Shown: in pieces, positions 38,256 to 48,305 of the stretch
How positions within the stretch are numbered: the stretch's first letter is position 1
How the letters are laid out: the number at the start of each line of letters is the position of its first letter
Source of the DNA: a virus
DNA length: 64,000 nucleotides
Reading direction: 5' to 3' (one strand)
IMG/VR virus record: IMGVR_UViG_3300013126_000021
Location: 9,404 to 73,403 of that record
The notes under the pieces: model-generated
The model's input: only the letters and a program-made list of their open reading frames with translations
The model's database searches: none
Told to the model about the DNA's origin: nothing
Made by a program: the position numbers and the translations under genes

Positions 38256-40391
38256 TTATTGTGAATTAGAATTAGATCCATTCTTCATATTTAATTTCGT
38301 TTTGAGAACAGGGTCTATTTCTATAGTGTCTCTAGGTTTTCCTGTCATCGTTTTTCCACCTTTCAAAATCATTTTCGCATTATTTAATTCCGAATCGGAT
38401 AAATTTTTATTCTTTTCTGTTTTTTCCCAATCATATATTGTTTCTTTTCTAAGCCCCTTTTTCTTGTAGAGAGCTTTGATCATTCTGGCGGATTTTGATT
38501 TTTCTTTAGTCATTTTTGACTCCATTGCCTTGACAGAGTTATTTGCAGACAATGGTGAATCTTCTATTCCGTAAATTCCTTCGTTAACATTTTCAACTTC
38601 TTCTTTTGTTGCTCTCCAGCCACCACCTTTAGATTTATACCACTTTGATGCCCAACCATTTGCATATGCAGAGTTACCTGTAATAGTAATTAATCCGTTC
38701 TGAACCATAACCCATGTTTCATTTTCCGTAGTTGGGCACCATACATCTTCATAACCAGCATCCTTTCTGTAAAGATTTTGTGTTGAATGATATTTTTTGT
38801 TTCTGATGTATGTTGCATTGACCATGTCATCACGATTATTTGTGTTTACATAATATCCGTTTAGATACGAAGCAAGAAGTGATGCCCAAAGATGTTCATA
38901 TTCTTTCTGAACGAAACCAAAAGTATGTCTGTCTTTTATTTTCGGAGAAACTCCTTTATCCCAACCATCATAAACAATAGAACTTGCTAAAAATATTTCT
39001 CTTTCTTTTTCATTCATAGATAATATTTTTTCAATCCAGTTATCTTTTTTTGACCAATTCTCTATTATTAAAGAAGATTGATTTTTTAATACTGAACACA
39101 TTAAAATTTTCATGTGGGTGTTCAAATCTTTAGTTTCAATCAGTTCACTGCCATTTGATTTCGATATCACCCACTTATGATTTGGTGTACAACGAATTGA
39201 AAATCCTGTTGGTTTTCCTATTTCCAATAAAGGTGCATTTTCGTAATAATGTTTATGTAAAACTGGTTTCCATTCCAACTCATCAATCTTCATATTGTAC
39301 GTTAATATCTCATCACCAATTTCCAGGTCTTCATGTGAAATTGGTCCTTTTTTAGAAATTGCTAAACTATCTAAAGGCACACATGGATATACATCAAACT
39401 TTGATCTAGCAAGAGACTTTGCTCTTGCCCAAAGTTTTGGATTTGTTGGCGAATTCTTTTCGTCGATTTGTTCAATTTCTTCATTTTTTGGTACACAATC
39501 TGGTACCATCTTGTTACCCTTCTTCTTCATACCAACTTGTTTGTGTGTAACCCAGCAAGCTTCATCGACAGATTCCTTTGACAGTTTGCCTTTACCAAAG
39601 TTTGATACATTTACTGGCTTGCCACCCTTACCGGCTCTATCTGCAACTGGGTCATGCTTGCGTTTTGCAGCAACAGCGGCCGCTCTTTCTTTTTTGGAAA
39701 GTTTTGCTCGCTTTTCATTTGACATACATTTCGGTTTTGGTTCACCTGGCTCACGGGCGCAAGGACCAATTGCTTCACCTTTGCTATTAATTCTTTTCCA
39801 ACCACCTTCAGGATCTGTTTTACTGAACCACTTTCTTAAGTCTTCTCTAGTGATATGAGAATCTAAGTCTTGCGTGTCGGATTGTTTTTTTAGTTCATTA
39901 ATATGCTCGACTTCTTCGTTCCAATCATCACCGCGTTCACCCATACCAGATGTTTCGGCTTTCATTTTTCTATGTTTGAACAATTTGAATTCGCTGGACT
40001 TTGAATATTTGTTTCTTTGATTGCCGTCCATAGCCCTTGGATCAAGCCCTTTTGACTTGATAAATGACATGAGTAAACCGGTACCAGCTTCATTCACAAC
40101 TTCTTCTGTTGTGCCCATATCAGTATATTTGGCATGATCTCTTGAGAATTTCTTAAATCGATCCGTTCGAGCAAGATTTAAACGATCATTGAGTGAAATT
40201 GTTCTAGGATCACGACCCATTGCTTTGATATACTTCCATAGAATCTGCGTATTCACTTCATCCAATGGAGCATGTTTTTTTGACCATGGCTCCATTGGAT
40301 CAGTATCACCATTTGCCAATTTACCCATTACAGATTCTTTTTTGCTTTTTTTATAAGCTTCTAAAAAAATCTGTTTTTTGCGTTCAGTCAT
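38256..40391 (-). CDS. Modular putative internal head protein containing an intein
   Basis: Basic modules separated by EE-x-x-(I/V)-x-E linkers; Hint motifs. Confidence 0.8.
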   Translation of the reverse strand: MTERKKQIFLEAYKKSKKESVMGKLANGDTDPMEPWSKKHAPLDEVNTQILWKYIKAMGRDPRTISLNDRLNLARTDRFKKFSRDHAKYTDMGTTEEVVNEAGTGLLMSFIKSKGLDPRAMDGNQRNKYSKSSEFKLFKHRKMKAETSGMGERGDDWNEEVEHINELKKQSDTQDLDSHITREDLRKWFSKTDPEGGWKRINSKGEAIGPCAREPGEPKPKCMSNEKRAKLSKKERAAAVAAKRKHDPVADRAGKGGKPVNVSNFGKGKLSKESVDEACWVTHKQVGMKKKGNKMVPDCVPKNEEIEQIDEKNSPTNPKLWARAKSLARSKFDVYPCVPLDSLAISKKGPISHEDLEIGDEILTYNMKIDELEWKPVLHKHYYENAPLLEIGKPTGFSIRCTPNHKWVISKSNGSELIETKDLNTHMKILMCSVLKNQSSLIIENWSKKDNWIEKILSMNEKEREIFLASSIVYDGWDKGVSPKIKDRHTFGFVQKEYEHLWASLLASYLNGYYVNTNNRDDMVNATYIRNKKYHSTQNLYRKDAGYEDVWCPTTENETWVMVQNGLITITGNSAYANGWASKWYKSKGGGWRATKEEVENVNEGIYGIEDSPLSANNSVKAMESKMTKEKSKSARMIKALYKKKGLRKETIYDWEKTEKNKNLSDSELNNAKMILKGGKTMTGKPRDTIEIDPVLKTKLNMKNGSNSNSQ
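38673..39383 (-). mobile_element. Intein (237 aa) with a degenerate LAGLIDADG-like core
   Basis: N-terminal CVPLDS, block B CTPNHKW, block F DVWCPTT, end ITGN followed by Ser+1; exteins rejoin as DVYP-SAYANGW. Confidence 0.9.
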
Positions 40392-40403
40392 GGTCTTTCC
40401 TTT

Positions 40404-42380
40404 TTACTTTTCACCATAAACATTTGGATATTTTTTCTCCATTTCTTCTCTTTCTTTTTTATGTTTATCTATAAGCGCATTCATTTTTTTAGCTCTTTCT
40501 TCTGGGTCATATCCTGACTTTTTCAGTGATGCTTTAAATTTTTCTAAAGCTGTCATTTTAGGTTTTGCTGCTTCTTCTACATGTTTTGGTAACCCAGAGT
40601 GTTTAGTTTTTGCAAAATCTCTAGCCGCTTTAGTTGTCATAGATTTTGCCGCTTTAGCAACTTCTGGGCTTGCAGGTTTCATACCTTTTTTAGCAGCATA
40701 CACCATACCCATAAACTTTTGTTGTGCTTGGCTTACAGATTTTTCATTAATCTGTTCTTCACTTATCTTTTTTTTTTCACTTACCTCGACACTTTCTTCA
40801 TGCTTACCTCTTCTTGGATCCCATCTACCTGCATATGGGCTTTTGCTAGACATTTTATCTGTCATTCGGTCCTCTGGAGGCCTGGGAGGTGCGGCTTGTG
40901 CTCTTGCTTTTAAAGCTGCATCTGATTGTGACTTAGACATTGGTGCTTTTGCTTTGATGCCCTTTTTATTTGCAAAAGCTGCAAATTCTGCTCCTAGGTC
41001 ACCTTCCATTACATCGTTTGATTCCTTTTTCATTTTCTTTTCATCTGATGAAGCACCGAAAGTACCGTGAACAAGTTTATCAAGATTTCTGTGAAATTTA
41101 TTTTCCTTTTCTGCACTTACACCAGAGGTGGCTTCATCAATTTGAATTTCTTCTCTAACTAATTTAATTTTTTTAAAATTACCACTTTTTGACATTTTGT
41201 AATGTGTCGATAGTGCCTTTTCTTTTGTTGGATGAATTTTTGAATTAAAAGTTTCACCTTCTTTTGTTTGAGCTGTAACTCTCCAACCTTCTGTCACACC
41301 TTGCCCTGCTATTTTGTCGCCGGGAACACCGCCCCTCAACTTGATAACACTTTTAGCACCGTGACCTGCGGCAATGCGTTTGGCATCAGCATCATCTTTG
41401 GCAACGAACTTTTTGACTTGTCCATTACGCATCATCAACTCATACTTTTGTGTCTTACCTTCGCCTTCCGACACAACTTCTTCCATTCTGGCAGATGCTC
41501 TTTTAATGCCTCTTGCTCGCATATCAGCTTTGTGTTGTTGACGGTCAGCCAACTCTGAAGATGCCGTTCGTTGTGCCTTAGTTAATTCTGTGTTGTTTGC
41601 CTTTTCTCTATCCGATGCAGCAATTCGGGTATGGACTCCTAGACGCCTTGTTGCTTTTTCCTTGTATCTTGCGGCTAGGTCTGCACTAATCTCATCAATT
41701 TGTTCGACTTCTTCTTTTTGTGCTTTACTTATTATTCCTCCACTTTGTGCTTTACCTTTTATTCGTCTACCTGTAACTTGGCGAGCTAAAAATTTAGCAG
41801 CACGTTCATCATGCCCAGGCATTAAACTTGTCATAGGCACATTACCTTCTGGTGGTTTGCGAACATTATCTTCGCTGTCATAACCTTTTCCCTTTACTTT
41901 TCTAGCTGGGATTTCTGCTTTTTTTGGTTTTGAATCTGGCTCACCTTTTCGTTTTAAACCATATGAATCACCATAACCCCAACTGCCCTCATCAACTTGC
42001 TCCGATTCTTCTTGAACTTTAACATATTTGCTGATAGGTTCACCTGCTTTTGGCATTTTACCGCCAGTGTCTTTAGCAGAAATCTCATGTCGTGCACCAG
42101 CATTGGTAATTGCAACAATCTTACCTGCTCCACCACTTACAGTTTTAATATGATGTGGATTTTTTCCTGTATATGCCGACTCTTTAACTTGTTCAGCACC
42201 TTTCTTTTCACCACGGAGTATGGCAAAATCATGGGCATCGATTTTGTTGTTTTTATTTTTATCGATCTTATGCTGCCCACCTTTTAATTCTTCCATTTTT
42301 GCTTTTAAGTCAGCTTCGAGGATCGTTTTAACTAGGTTGGCAATTGAGTCCATTTTTGCAAATTTATTATCAGAATACAT
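40404..42380 (-). CDS. Modular putative internal head polyprotein
   Basis: About ten Lys/Ala-rich modules separated by EEVEQIDE-like linkers; EF-hand-like DKNKNNKIDAHDF. Confidence 0.75.
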   Translation of the reverse strand: MYSDNKFAKMDSIANLVKTILEADLKAKMEELKGGQHKIDKNKNNKIDAHDFAILRGEKKGAEQVKESAYTGKNPHHIKTVSGGAGKIVAITNAGARHEISAKDTGGKMPKAGEPISKYVKVQEESEQVDEGSWGYGDSYGLKRKGEPDSKPKKAEIPARKVKGKGYDSEDNVRKPPEGNVPMTSLMPGHDERAAKFLARQVTGRRIKGKAQSGGIISKAQKEEVEQIDEISADLAARYKEKATRRLGVHTRIAASDREKANNTELTKAQRTASSELADRQQHKADMRARGIKRASARMEEVVSEGEGKTQKYELMMRNGQVKKFVAKDDADAKRIAAGHGAKSVIKLRGGVPGDKIAGQGVTEGWRVTAQTKEGETFNSKIHPTKEKALSTHYKMSKSGNFKKIKLVREEIQIDEATSGVSAEKENKFHRNLDKLVHGTFGASSDEKKMKKESNDVMEGDLGAEFAAFANKKGIKAKAPMSKSQSDAALKARAQAAPPRPPEDRMTDKMSSKSPYAGRWDPRRGKHEESVEVSEKKKISEEQINEKSVSQAQQKFMGMVYAAKKGMKPASPEVAKAAKSMTTKAARDFAKTKHSGLPKHVEEAAKPKMTALEKFKASLKKSGYDPEERAKKMNALIDKHKKEREEMEKKYPNVYGEK

Positions 42381-42393
42381 TTTTTTCTCCGTT

Positions 42394-42705
42394 TTAGCAG
42401 TTCCACTTTCTTAAAGAAAGTGCTTTTCTTGTTGGTCTTCCCTTTTCATCTTTCATTGGTCCTGGCATTCCACTCATTCTTGCGCAGAAAGATTTTCTTC
42501 TATTCCAAGCCTTTGAGCCTTTTTTTAGCTTTGAAGGTTTTGTAGTAACGGCCATGGAAAGTTTTGAACCTGGATTTTCTCTTCGATAAGAAGCAATACC
42601 TTTACGATTCAAACCTCCAGATGGATTTTTTCCTTCTTTTCTTTGCCAAGCGGCGCTAGCTTCATCTAAAGATTCTTCATTTATAAATTGTTTGAAACTT
42701 TTCAT
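42394..42705 (-). CDS. Basic putative internal head protein
   Basis: MKSFKQFINEESLDE leader; RRKSFCARM...LRKWNC. Confidence 0.75.
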   Translation of the reverse strand: MKSFKQFINEESLDEASAAWQRKEGKNPSGGLNRKGIASYRRENPGSKLSMAVTTKPSKLKKGSKAWNRRKSFCARMSGMPGPMKDEKGRPTRKALSLRKWNC

Positions 42706-44591
42706 TTTTTCTTCTTTTTATTTTGGAGGTTAGTTTCAATTTTATTTAATGTTTCCATGGGCTCTTTATTCGTGGGACCGTGAGCAGTTCCAGTAACACC
42801 CATATCTGCGCTAGGCGAATCAATTGCTTCATTTCTAAAATTTGCGAAAGATTTGTGTTTTACCTCTGCGGTACTATTATATTTATTTTCTTTTTGTTCT
42901 CTATATGTGACCATTCCAAGCCCAGACATAGGATAAACTGTTCCTGATCCTCTTGTATCATATTCTGGTGATGTACCGGAAACTTTTAAGACCTTCCCTG
43001 CTTCTGAGTTATTGGCTTTTTGCTTCTTGGCTTTGATTTTGTCGGCGTCTTGTTGAAATTTTGTTTCTTTCTTTTCGGTGCTTCTGATGATGGTTGGAGA
43101 GCTTTCGGAGTAGGTTCTGAAGACATAGTTGGTGTTGGATTTAACGTCTCCGTCTGTAACTGAGTCTGCTCTACCTTGTTTTCTGACGAGTTGGCAACTG
43201 GGGCAGATGTTGTCAAGTAGGCGTTGACCTTTCTTTCTTGGGAATCCACTAAAGCGTCCAGTGGATGTCTTGTTTGTTCCACAGGTACAGTTTCTTTTTT
43301 CGGTAATAAAAGTTTTGCTATTTGTTTTATTCTTTGGAACATATTTTTCTCCAGTTATAGCTTGTTCAAATAAATTATTAATGTTCATCTTTTTGTTTCT
43401 TAACATCCAAGTATTTGCTATTTCATTTTCAACTTCAATATCTAAAAACAAATTTATTAATTCATATATTAATGTTAAGTCCTTTTCCTTTTCACTTTTT
43501 TCGAATTCGTTTGCTTCCTTTAAATCAACAGAATTGTCAAATTCGAAATACTTTTTAAATGTTTTCTTAAAATTTTCAGAAATTAATTGTGTTTTTTGCC
43601 ATCTTTCTAGTCGGACAGATTCTTCAAGAACTCTTGTATGTTTTTCGTTTCTTTGCTTTGAAGAATCGTTTGAAGTGTTAACAAACACCATCAATGTCTC
43701 ATATCCGAGTTCTTCCAGTTCATTTTTTATTTCGACGATCATATATTGATCATTTGTCGTACTATTAATTATCAATGGATTCCTGTTTCTTATTGCTTCC
43801 TGTCGAATATCATTTGAAGATTCATATAATTTATGTTTATTGTTTAGAATAGATATTGCCAAATTAGCATTCATTTCAACAATTTTTTGACTAGGGATAC
43901 ATTCTCTGATAATGATATCTTTTCCTGATCCAGGACCACCTGTCACGAAAATTGCTTTAAATTTTCCATGGTTTACATTTTCATGTATTCCCATTCCTGA
44001 CCTTACATCACGAAACAATTCTTTAGCGTGTGCCTCCGAAACATGAGCAGGTACCCCTTGCTTAAAGGAAACAAAATCATTATTTTTTGCATGTTCACGC
44101 ATTTTTGATGCAGACATTCCTTCGACACCTTCGGAATCCGGATCTCTTTGCCCAGCAGATTTGACTTCTATTTTCTTAAAATTAAATAATGCCCCCTCGT
44201 GTGCCCCATTATATTTGTTCAATGTTTTTTCGTATTCATCAACACGATCTGAACCTGCAACCATAACTAGATGATCGTGCCCTGAATGGTAAAGTTTAGA
44301 TGCGTGCTGTATAAAAGAGGGTGTTTCCTTACTTGAGGAATAGATATTGGTTCCTGGAAAAAACCTTTTAGCATGTTTTACTTTTTTTGTAACTTCTAGA
44401 GGATTCTTTTTAGAATCTGTTGAATGTGAAATTATTATATGATGTGGAGCATTATAATCCCTTGCTATGTCTTTGACATGTTTTACAAGTTTTTCATGCC
44501 CAATAGTAGGTGGATTCATTCTACCAAAAGCCATTATAACAGGCCTTTCGGTCTTTTCGTTTTCTTCTACTTTTTCTAGAAAGGTTTTCAT
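42702..44591 (-). CDS. HxGH-type nucleotidyltransferase (cytidyltransferase-like) fused to a P-loop kinase domain
   Basis: FGRMNPPTIGH, GSDR, MSASKMR; GGPGSGKD. Confidence 0.85.
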   Translation of the reverse strand: MKTFLEKVEENEKTERPVIMAFGRMNPPTIGHEKLVKHVKDIARDYNAPHHIIISHSTDSKKNPLEVTKKVKHAKRFFPGTNIYSSSKETPSFIQHASKLYHSGHDHLVMVAGSDRVDEYEKTLNKYNGAHEGALFNFKKIEVKSAGQRDPDSEGVEGMSASKMREHAKNNDFVSFKQGVPAHVSEAHAKELFRDVRSGMGIHENVNHGKFKAIFVTGGPGSGKDIIIRECIPSQKIVEMNANLAISILNNKHKLYESSNDIRQEAIRNRNPLIINSTTNDQYMIVEIKNELEELGYETLMVFVNTSNDSSKQRNEKHTRVLEESVRLERWQKTQLISENFKKTFKKYFEFDNSVDLKEANEFEKSEKEKDLTLIYELINLFLDIEVENEIANTWMLRNKKMNINNLFEQAITGEKYVPKNKTNSKTFITEKRNCTCGTNKTSTGRFSGFPRKKGQRLLDNICPSCQLVRKQGRADSVTDGDVKSNTNYVFRTYSESSPTIIRSTEKKETKFQQDADKIKAKKQKANNSEAGKVLKVSGTSPEYDTRGSGTVYPMSGLGMVTYREQKENKYNSTAEVKHKSFANFRNEAIDSPSADMGVTGTAHGPTNKEPMETLNKIETNLQNKKKKK

Positions 44592-45784
44592 ATGTTTCTT
44601 ATTCCCTCAAAATTTCTTCTGGAGAATTCTTGTCTGTTTACAAATTTATCCGTATCGTTTTTGTGATGGAAGACATATCCTTCCGGATTTGCATTTTCAC
44701 CTGCATGTTGGTGTTGAAATTGTTGGTGTTGATTCATAACATTAATCAGAACATTCTTGGCATTCTGTAAATGTTTATGCATTTTAAATAAATTATTATA
44801 ATGTTTCTTATTTAATTCTATTTTATTCAGTTCACTTTTTAAATCATTTTGTCTAGAAATTTTGTTTTTTTCAACTTTTAATTTATCGATTTCTTTAGTT
44901 TTCTTGTTTTCTAACCAATTTTTAAAATTTTGATGTGTGGGCGTTTCACCGCTTCTTACAGTGTGATTCATATAAGCTTCTAAATGCCCACCGACACCTT
45001 GATGCATTTTAGTTCCGGCATACATGTCGTCACCATGTGTATTATGTATTTCTTCAGCTTTACTTATATGTTTATTGAATTCTGCGCGGTCTTTTGGACC
45101 AAAATGCACTTTTGAAGTATCCATTCTTGGATCGACACCAAAGACGTCAGAATGCTCATTAAAATTTTCATGATCAACTTCATGGTACGCATTTAAGCTT
45201 CCTGAATTTTTACCTTCATATTTTAAATGAGTAACAACACCTATTTGTGCTTTTTTTGCTTTTTTACCCAGTTCACCCTTTGCGGTGTAAGTTAAACCGG
45301 AAGGATTAGGATTAAACGAAACACCACCTTCCTTACTTGCTTTTTTATCTTCAGGAGAAAACATCATATCACCTTGATACACACCTTCTTTTGGTGCAAT
45401 TTTAGGTAAATGTTTTAACGCATGTTTAAGTTTTTCTACAAGCCCAGGAGCATGCCCATGATTTCTCACAATGTCTTCTGGTGTGTAATTTATTTTTGGT
45501 GTTTTATTAAAGGCAGATTTTGATGCTACGAAAAACTTTCCGTTATCAGGATGTCGACCATATACGATTGCAGGTGAGCCATCATATTTCGTGGTAAGTT
45601 CAGATGTTTTTTTGCCTTGAGAAATATGGTCTGCGGATGCTCTAAGTGAAGAAAATGAGCGTAATGCACCTTTTTCACCGTTTTGAAGTGCTCGATCCTC
45701 AACATGTGTTAAATGTTTAATTTGACGACTGGCGCCTTCTTCTGGATCTTCTTGTTCCAGTAAAAACTTGGCAAAAGATAACAT
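44588..45784 (-). CDS. ATP-dependent ligase-fold (RNA ligase-like) protein
   Basis: KYDG motif I, QGD, EGYV, KFV; start revised to MLSFAKFLLE after GAGG. Confidence 0.65.
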   Translation of the reverse strand: MLSFAKFLLEQEDPEEGASRQIKHLTHVEDRALQNGEKGALRSFSSLRASADHISQGKKTSELTTKYDGSPAIVYGRHPDNGKFFVASKSAFNKTPKINYTPEDIVRNHGHAPGLVEKLKHALKHLPKIAPKEGVYQGDMMFSPEDKKASKEGGVSFNPNPSGLTYTAKGELGKKAKKAQIGVVTHLKYEGKNSGSLNAYHEVDHENFNEHSDVFGVDPRMDTSKVHFGPKDRAEFNKHISKAEEIHNTHGDDMYAGTKMHQGVGGHLEAYMNHTVRSGETPTHQNFKNWLENKKTKEIDKLKVEKNKISRQNDLKSELNKIELNKKHYNNLFKMHKHLQNAKNVLINVMNQHQQFQHQHAGENANPEGYVFHHKNDTDKFVNRQEFSRRNFEGIRNI

Positions 45785-45822
45785 ATTTCCTCTAATTAGT
45801 ACACTGTGACTATAATGGTTAT

Positions 45823-46539
45823 TTAGTAACCCCAAATCTTTAAATCAACCCATTTATCCATATCATCACGTATAATTGAATGTTTACCTATATTAAATTT
45901 TCCATCTACAAATGGATGATCAATATCAATTCTTTGATATGGTATCTTAAATAGTTGCAGTTGTGCTTCGAGCATAGCATGCCCACAAAATTCAACTGCT
46001 CTGTTATAATGATGTTTTAGGAAAAGATATGTTGAAGAATATATTTTCATTGTTTCAGGATCAGCAATCGCAAATTGATCGTTAAATAGAGGATTAGTTC
46101 CATTTGTGTCTTTTGATATGTACACTAAACCATTTCGCAATTCTTCGAAATTAATTTTTTTATTCAGCGCGAAATCAAATCTACTTCTTATAACAAAATC
46201 ATATTTTTTGTTTAGAAAAAGTTCACCTAAATTTCTTAAGTGATCAGATTTAAAAATTGAATAAAACATTGATGTGCAAAAATTTGCTGGATGTGATGCG
46301 TTTCTGACCAGCATATCTGAGTTAATATTTTTATTTAATGGAGTATCAAATATTGAAAGGACGGGTTTGTATAAACTTTTTACTTCTTCGTAAATTTTTA
46401 ATTGTTTTTGTGCGTTATCATTCTTCCAAGAATGAAGGAAAATATCTACATCATATTGTTGTAAAAGATTTTTTTCTATGTATGCATAGGATTCTTTATA
46501 ACTTCTAGGTTGCCCGGATAGACAAAGCGCCAATTTCAT
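45823..46539 (-). CDS. Putative glycosyltransferase
   Basis: ALCLSGQPR, DIFLHSW, RSRFD, NDQFA. Confidence 0.7.
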   Translation of the reverse strand: MKLALCLSGQPRSYKESYAYIEKNLLQQYDVDIFLHSWKNDNAQKQLKIYEEVKSLYKPVLSIFDTPLNKNINSDMLVRNASHPANFCTSMFYSIFKSDHLRNLGELFLNKKYDFVIRSRFDFALNKKINFEELRNGLVYISKDTNGTNPLFNDQFAIADPETMKIYSSTYLFLKHHYNRAVEFCGHAMLEAQLQLFKIPYQRIDIDHPFVDGKFNIGKHSIIRDDMDKWVDLKIWGY

Positions 46540-46984
46540 TTGAGAATTTTTCGACATAATCTGTACACACTCCAAAAATTTTACTATTTTTTACATATTC
46601 CCAATAATCTTTATTCACTTCAGGTAAAACTGCAATTGAATTTTTAGTTAAGTGTTTCCCCGGATAAGCCCAGATAAAATTGCCTGATGTTAATGTGTAA
46701 TCATCGTTTTGGTGCCAAAAATATTCATAATGAATAGGTAAATCATTAAGCGCATGTAGTGCATCTAAATTTTTACAGTGTATCCATAAACCTTGCTTAC
46801 CTAAAAAATTAATCGGCACTTCATATTGTGGTTCATCATGGCCAAGAAACCATTTATTGTAAATTAACCAAACATCAATTTCACAATCATAACCTCTGCT
46901 TAGTGATTCTAAAATAAGATCGGGGGTATTTTCAATTTTTTTGTTCGGTCCATTAGTAAGCCCCCTATGTGCAATTAACTTCAT
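46505..46984 (-). CDS. PLC/GDPD-like phosphodiesterase
   Basis: IAHRG, EN, EIDVW, LGHD, IHCKN, GVCTD. Confidence 0.8.
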   Translation of the reverse strand: MKLIAHRGLTNGPNKKIENTPDLILESLSRGYDCEIDVWLIYNKWFLGHDEPQYEVPINFLGKQGLWIHCKNLDALHALNDLPIHYEYFWHQNDDYTLTSGNFIWAYPGKHLTKNSIAVLPEVNKDYWEYVKNSKIFGVCTDYVEKFSNEIGALSIRAT

Positions 46985-47700
46985 TTTATATACATCTCTT
47001 TTGGTTTATACTCGCCTAATGGCGTGTGCATTATTGTTTTACTTACCATGAATTCTTCCCAAGGAAACCCAAGTCTTTTTATGAAATGTTCAGTGACAAC
47101 GTGTGGGCAAAGTAATCCAGTCTCCCTGTAAATTTGTGGCAAATGATGAAGCAACTTAGAAAAAAGCCCGATTGTAAAGAAATTTCCAATCTGAATCATG
47201 TCAGAAGTTCCCTGACCCTTATGATTTCTATAACCCATAGTGTAAAATTTATTTCTATCAAAATTTGACAACTCTTGATTGAAAACTAAATCGGGGCGCA
47301 TTCGAATAACAAGATCATAAGTTTTACCCGTTTTGAACATGTAGTCTTCCATCAATGCTACGCCACGCCCAAGTTTAAAAAACATTGAGATTATGTTTTT
47401 AGGTACATGATAAAAATTTTCATATTGTCTGGCTCTCTGTTCAAAATTTTTTTCATAGTCTTCATAATGTTCTTTTCTCAACATTACAGGTTTATATGTT
47501 TCGATGAGTCTATCAAAATTAACCTCAGGTGCATTTTTGACGATGCCATGTGAACTATGTGGATCCCAATATGCTTCATTGTCCCATGTGTCTATAAAAA
47601 TATCTGGGGTATACTTATCGACAAAATGATGTTTGAAGTTGGGATATACTTTATCCCAACAACGCATATGTCCCGTTAATATTATGGCAACGTTCATCAC
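46981..47700 (-). CDS. Putative glycosyltransferase (paralogue of 45823..46539)
   Basis: AIILTGHMR, DIFIDTW, RMRPD. Confidence 0.7.
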   Translation of the reverse strand: MMNVAIILTGHMRCWDKVYPNFKHHFVDKYTPDIFIDTWDNEAYWDPHSSHGIVKNAPEVNFDRLIETYKPVMLRKEHYEDYEKNFEQRARQYENFYHVPKNIISMFFKLGRGVALMEDYMFKTGKTYDLVIRMRPDLVFNQELSNFDRNKFYTMGYRNHKGQGTSDMIQIGNFFTIGLFSKLLHHLPQIYRETGLLCPHVVTEHFIKRLGFPWEEFMVSKTIMHTPLGEYKPKEMYIK

Positions 47701-48302
47701 ACTCTCTCAAAAAACAAATTATCTTCATTAACTTGTGAAACTACACTTTTCAAAACAAAACCATTTTCCGTTAAAAATTGTAAAGCATCTTCTTTTGTAT
47801 GCCGCCCTTTATATAATCTTAATTCTGGTGCTTGTGGCACTTCTACAACACCACTTTGAACAATTTTAATTTTTTCTCCTAAACCTTTTAGTACGGCTAA
47901 ATCTGAGCCTTGAGCATCAATATGTAAGTGATAAATTTCGGAAATATGTGGAGCAAACTGTTCTAGCCAAGTGTCAAGGCGAAAAACAGGAACTTTAATT
48001 GTTTCACGCACTACAAAATCTGTTCTTCCGGGCCATGATTTATCTAAATTGTCGGAAAAAGAATTAAGCGATGCACTACCTGTATCACCTTGTACAAGAT
48101 TAAAATCAGAATGCCCGTTATAATCTGAAACAGCATGTTCGTAAACTTTATATCTATCTGAAAAATTTTTTGATTTTTCACGAAGCATATTTGCAAGTTC
48201 AGGTGTAGGCTCAAATGCATATACAGTAACATCTGAATTGTCTCTTGCAATATGCAAAGAATCTTGCCCCCAGTGTGCACCAACATCAAATAAAAATTTC
48301 AT
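47697..48302 (-). CDS. FkbM-family methyltransferase
   Basis: DVGAHWG, AFEP, HIDAQGSD. Confidence 0.9.
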   Translation of the reverse strand: MKFLFDVGAHWGQDSLHIARDNSDVTVYAFEPTPELANMLREKSKNFSDRYKVYEHAVSDYNGHSDFNLVQGDTGSASLNSFSDNLDKSWPGRTDFVVRETIKVPVFRLDTWLEQFAPHISEIYHLHIDAQGSDLAVLKGLGEKIKIVQSGVVEVPQAPELRLYKGRHTKEDALQFLTENGFVLKSVVSQVNEDNLFFERV

Positions 48303-48305
48303 TTA

